Positions 63,910 to 64,000 of a stretch of DNA of 64,000 bases are shown here, in pieces (position 1 is the stretch's first letter; every line of letters starts with the position of its first letter). The position numbers and the translations under genes were made by a program. Source of the DNA: Macrostomum lignano (taxonomy: Eukaryota); contig NIVC01002311.1 of NCBI GenBank assembly GCA_002269645.1, positions 1-64,000 on the forward strand, given 5' to 3'. Below the pieces are notes generated by a model. It did no database searches, was not told where the DNA came from, and saw only the letters and a program-made list of their open reading frames with translations.

Positions 63910-64000
63910 TTAAGCTGCAAGGTTGCTACATTAGTAACGATACAAGTTCTAATCTACAACACCGCATTTCAACCAGCGAGTCAATGACAATTGAGAGCTG
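63910..64000 (+). CDS. WSC domain exon, cassette 3 (runs off the window)
   Basis: ttcag|TT AAG..: KLQGCYISNDTSSNLQHRISTSESMTIESC. Confidence 0.8.

Overview
Repeat-rich animal genomic DNA with spliceosomal introns. The satellite-filled introns suggest an invertebrate, possibly a free-living flatworm (inference only). Host genes reconstructed by hand from splice sites and phases: (1) a two-exon, 114-aa secreted neuropeptide-like precursor ending KR-CRLGRFSCPI-G-stop (4740-5454, +); (2) heparan sulfate 2-O-sulfotransferase (3 exons, -); (3) an SPSB3-like SPRY/SOCS-box gene (3 exons found, first exon not found, -); (4) a signal-peptide exon followed by three tandem cassettes, each a 12-nt phase-1 microexon plus a WSC-domain exon with strongly diverged coding sequence (43.8-64 kb, +). 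Most of the rest is mini/microsatellite and transposons, many with recoverable TIRs and TSDs: a hAT-like shell nesting a MITE, a mariner and a MULE; a TRIM-like mini LTR element; a Merlin-like MITE; an APE-RT LINE; two CACTA/CMC-like non-autonomous elements, one carrying a ~665-bp tandem array; and a decayed Gypsy. A degenerate Penelope-type minimal hammerhead ribozyme lies at ~6.35 kb. No database searches were run; all calls come from reading the sequence.
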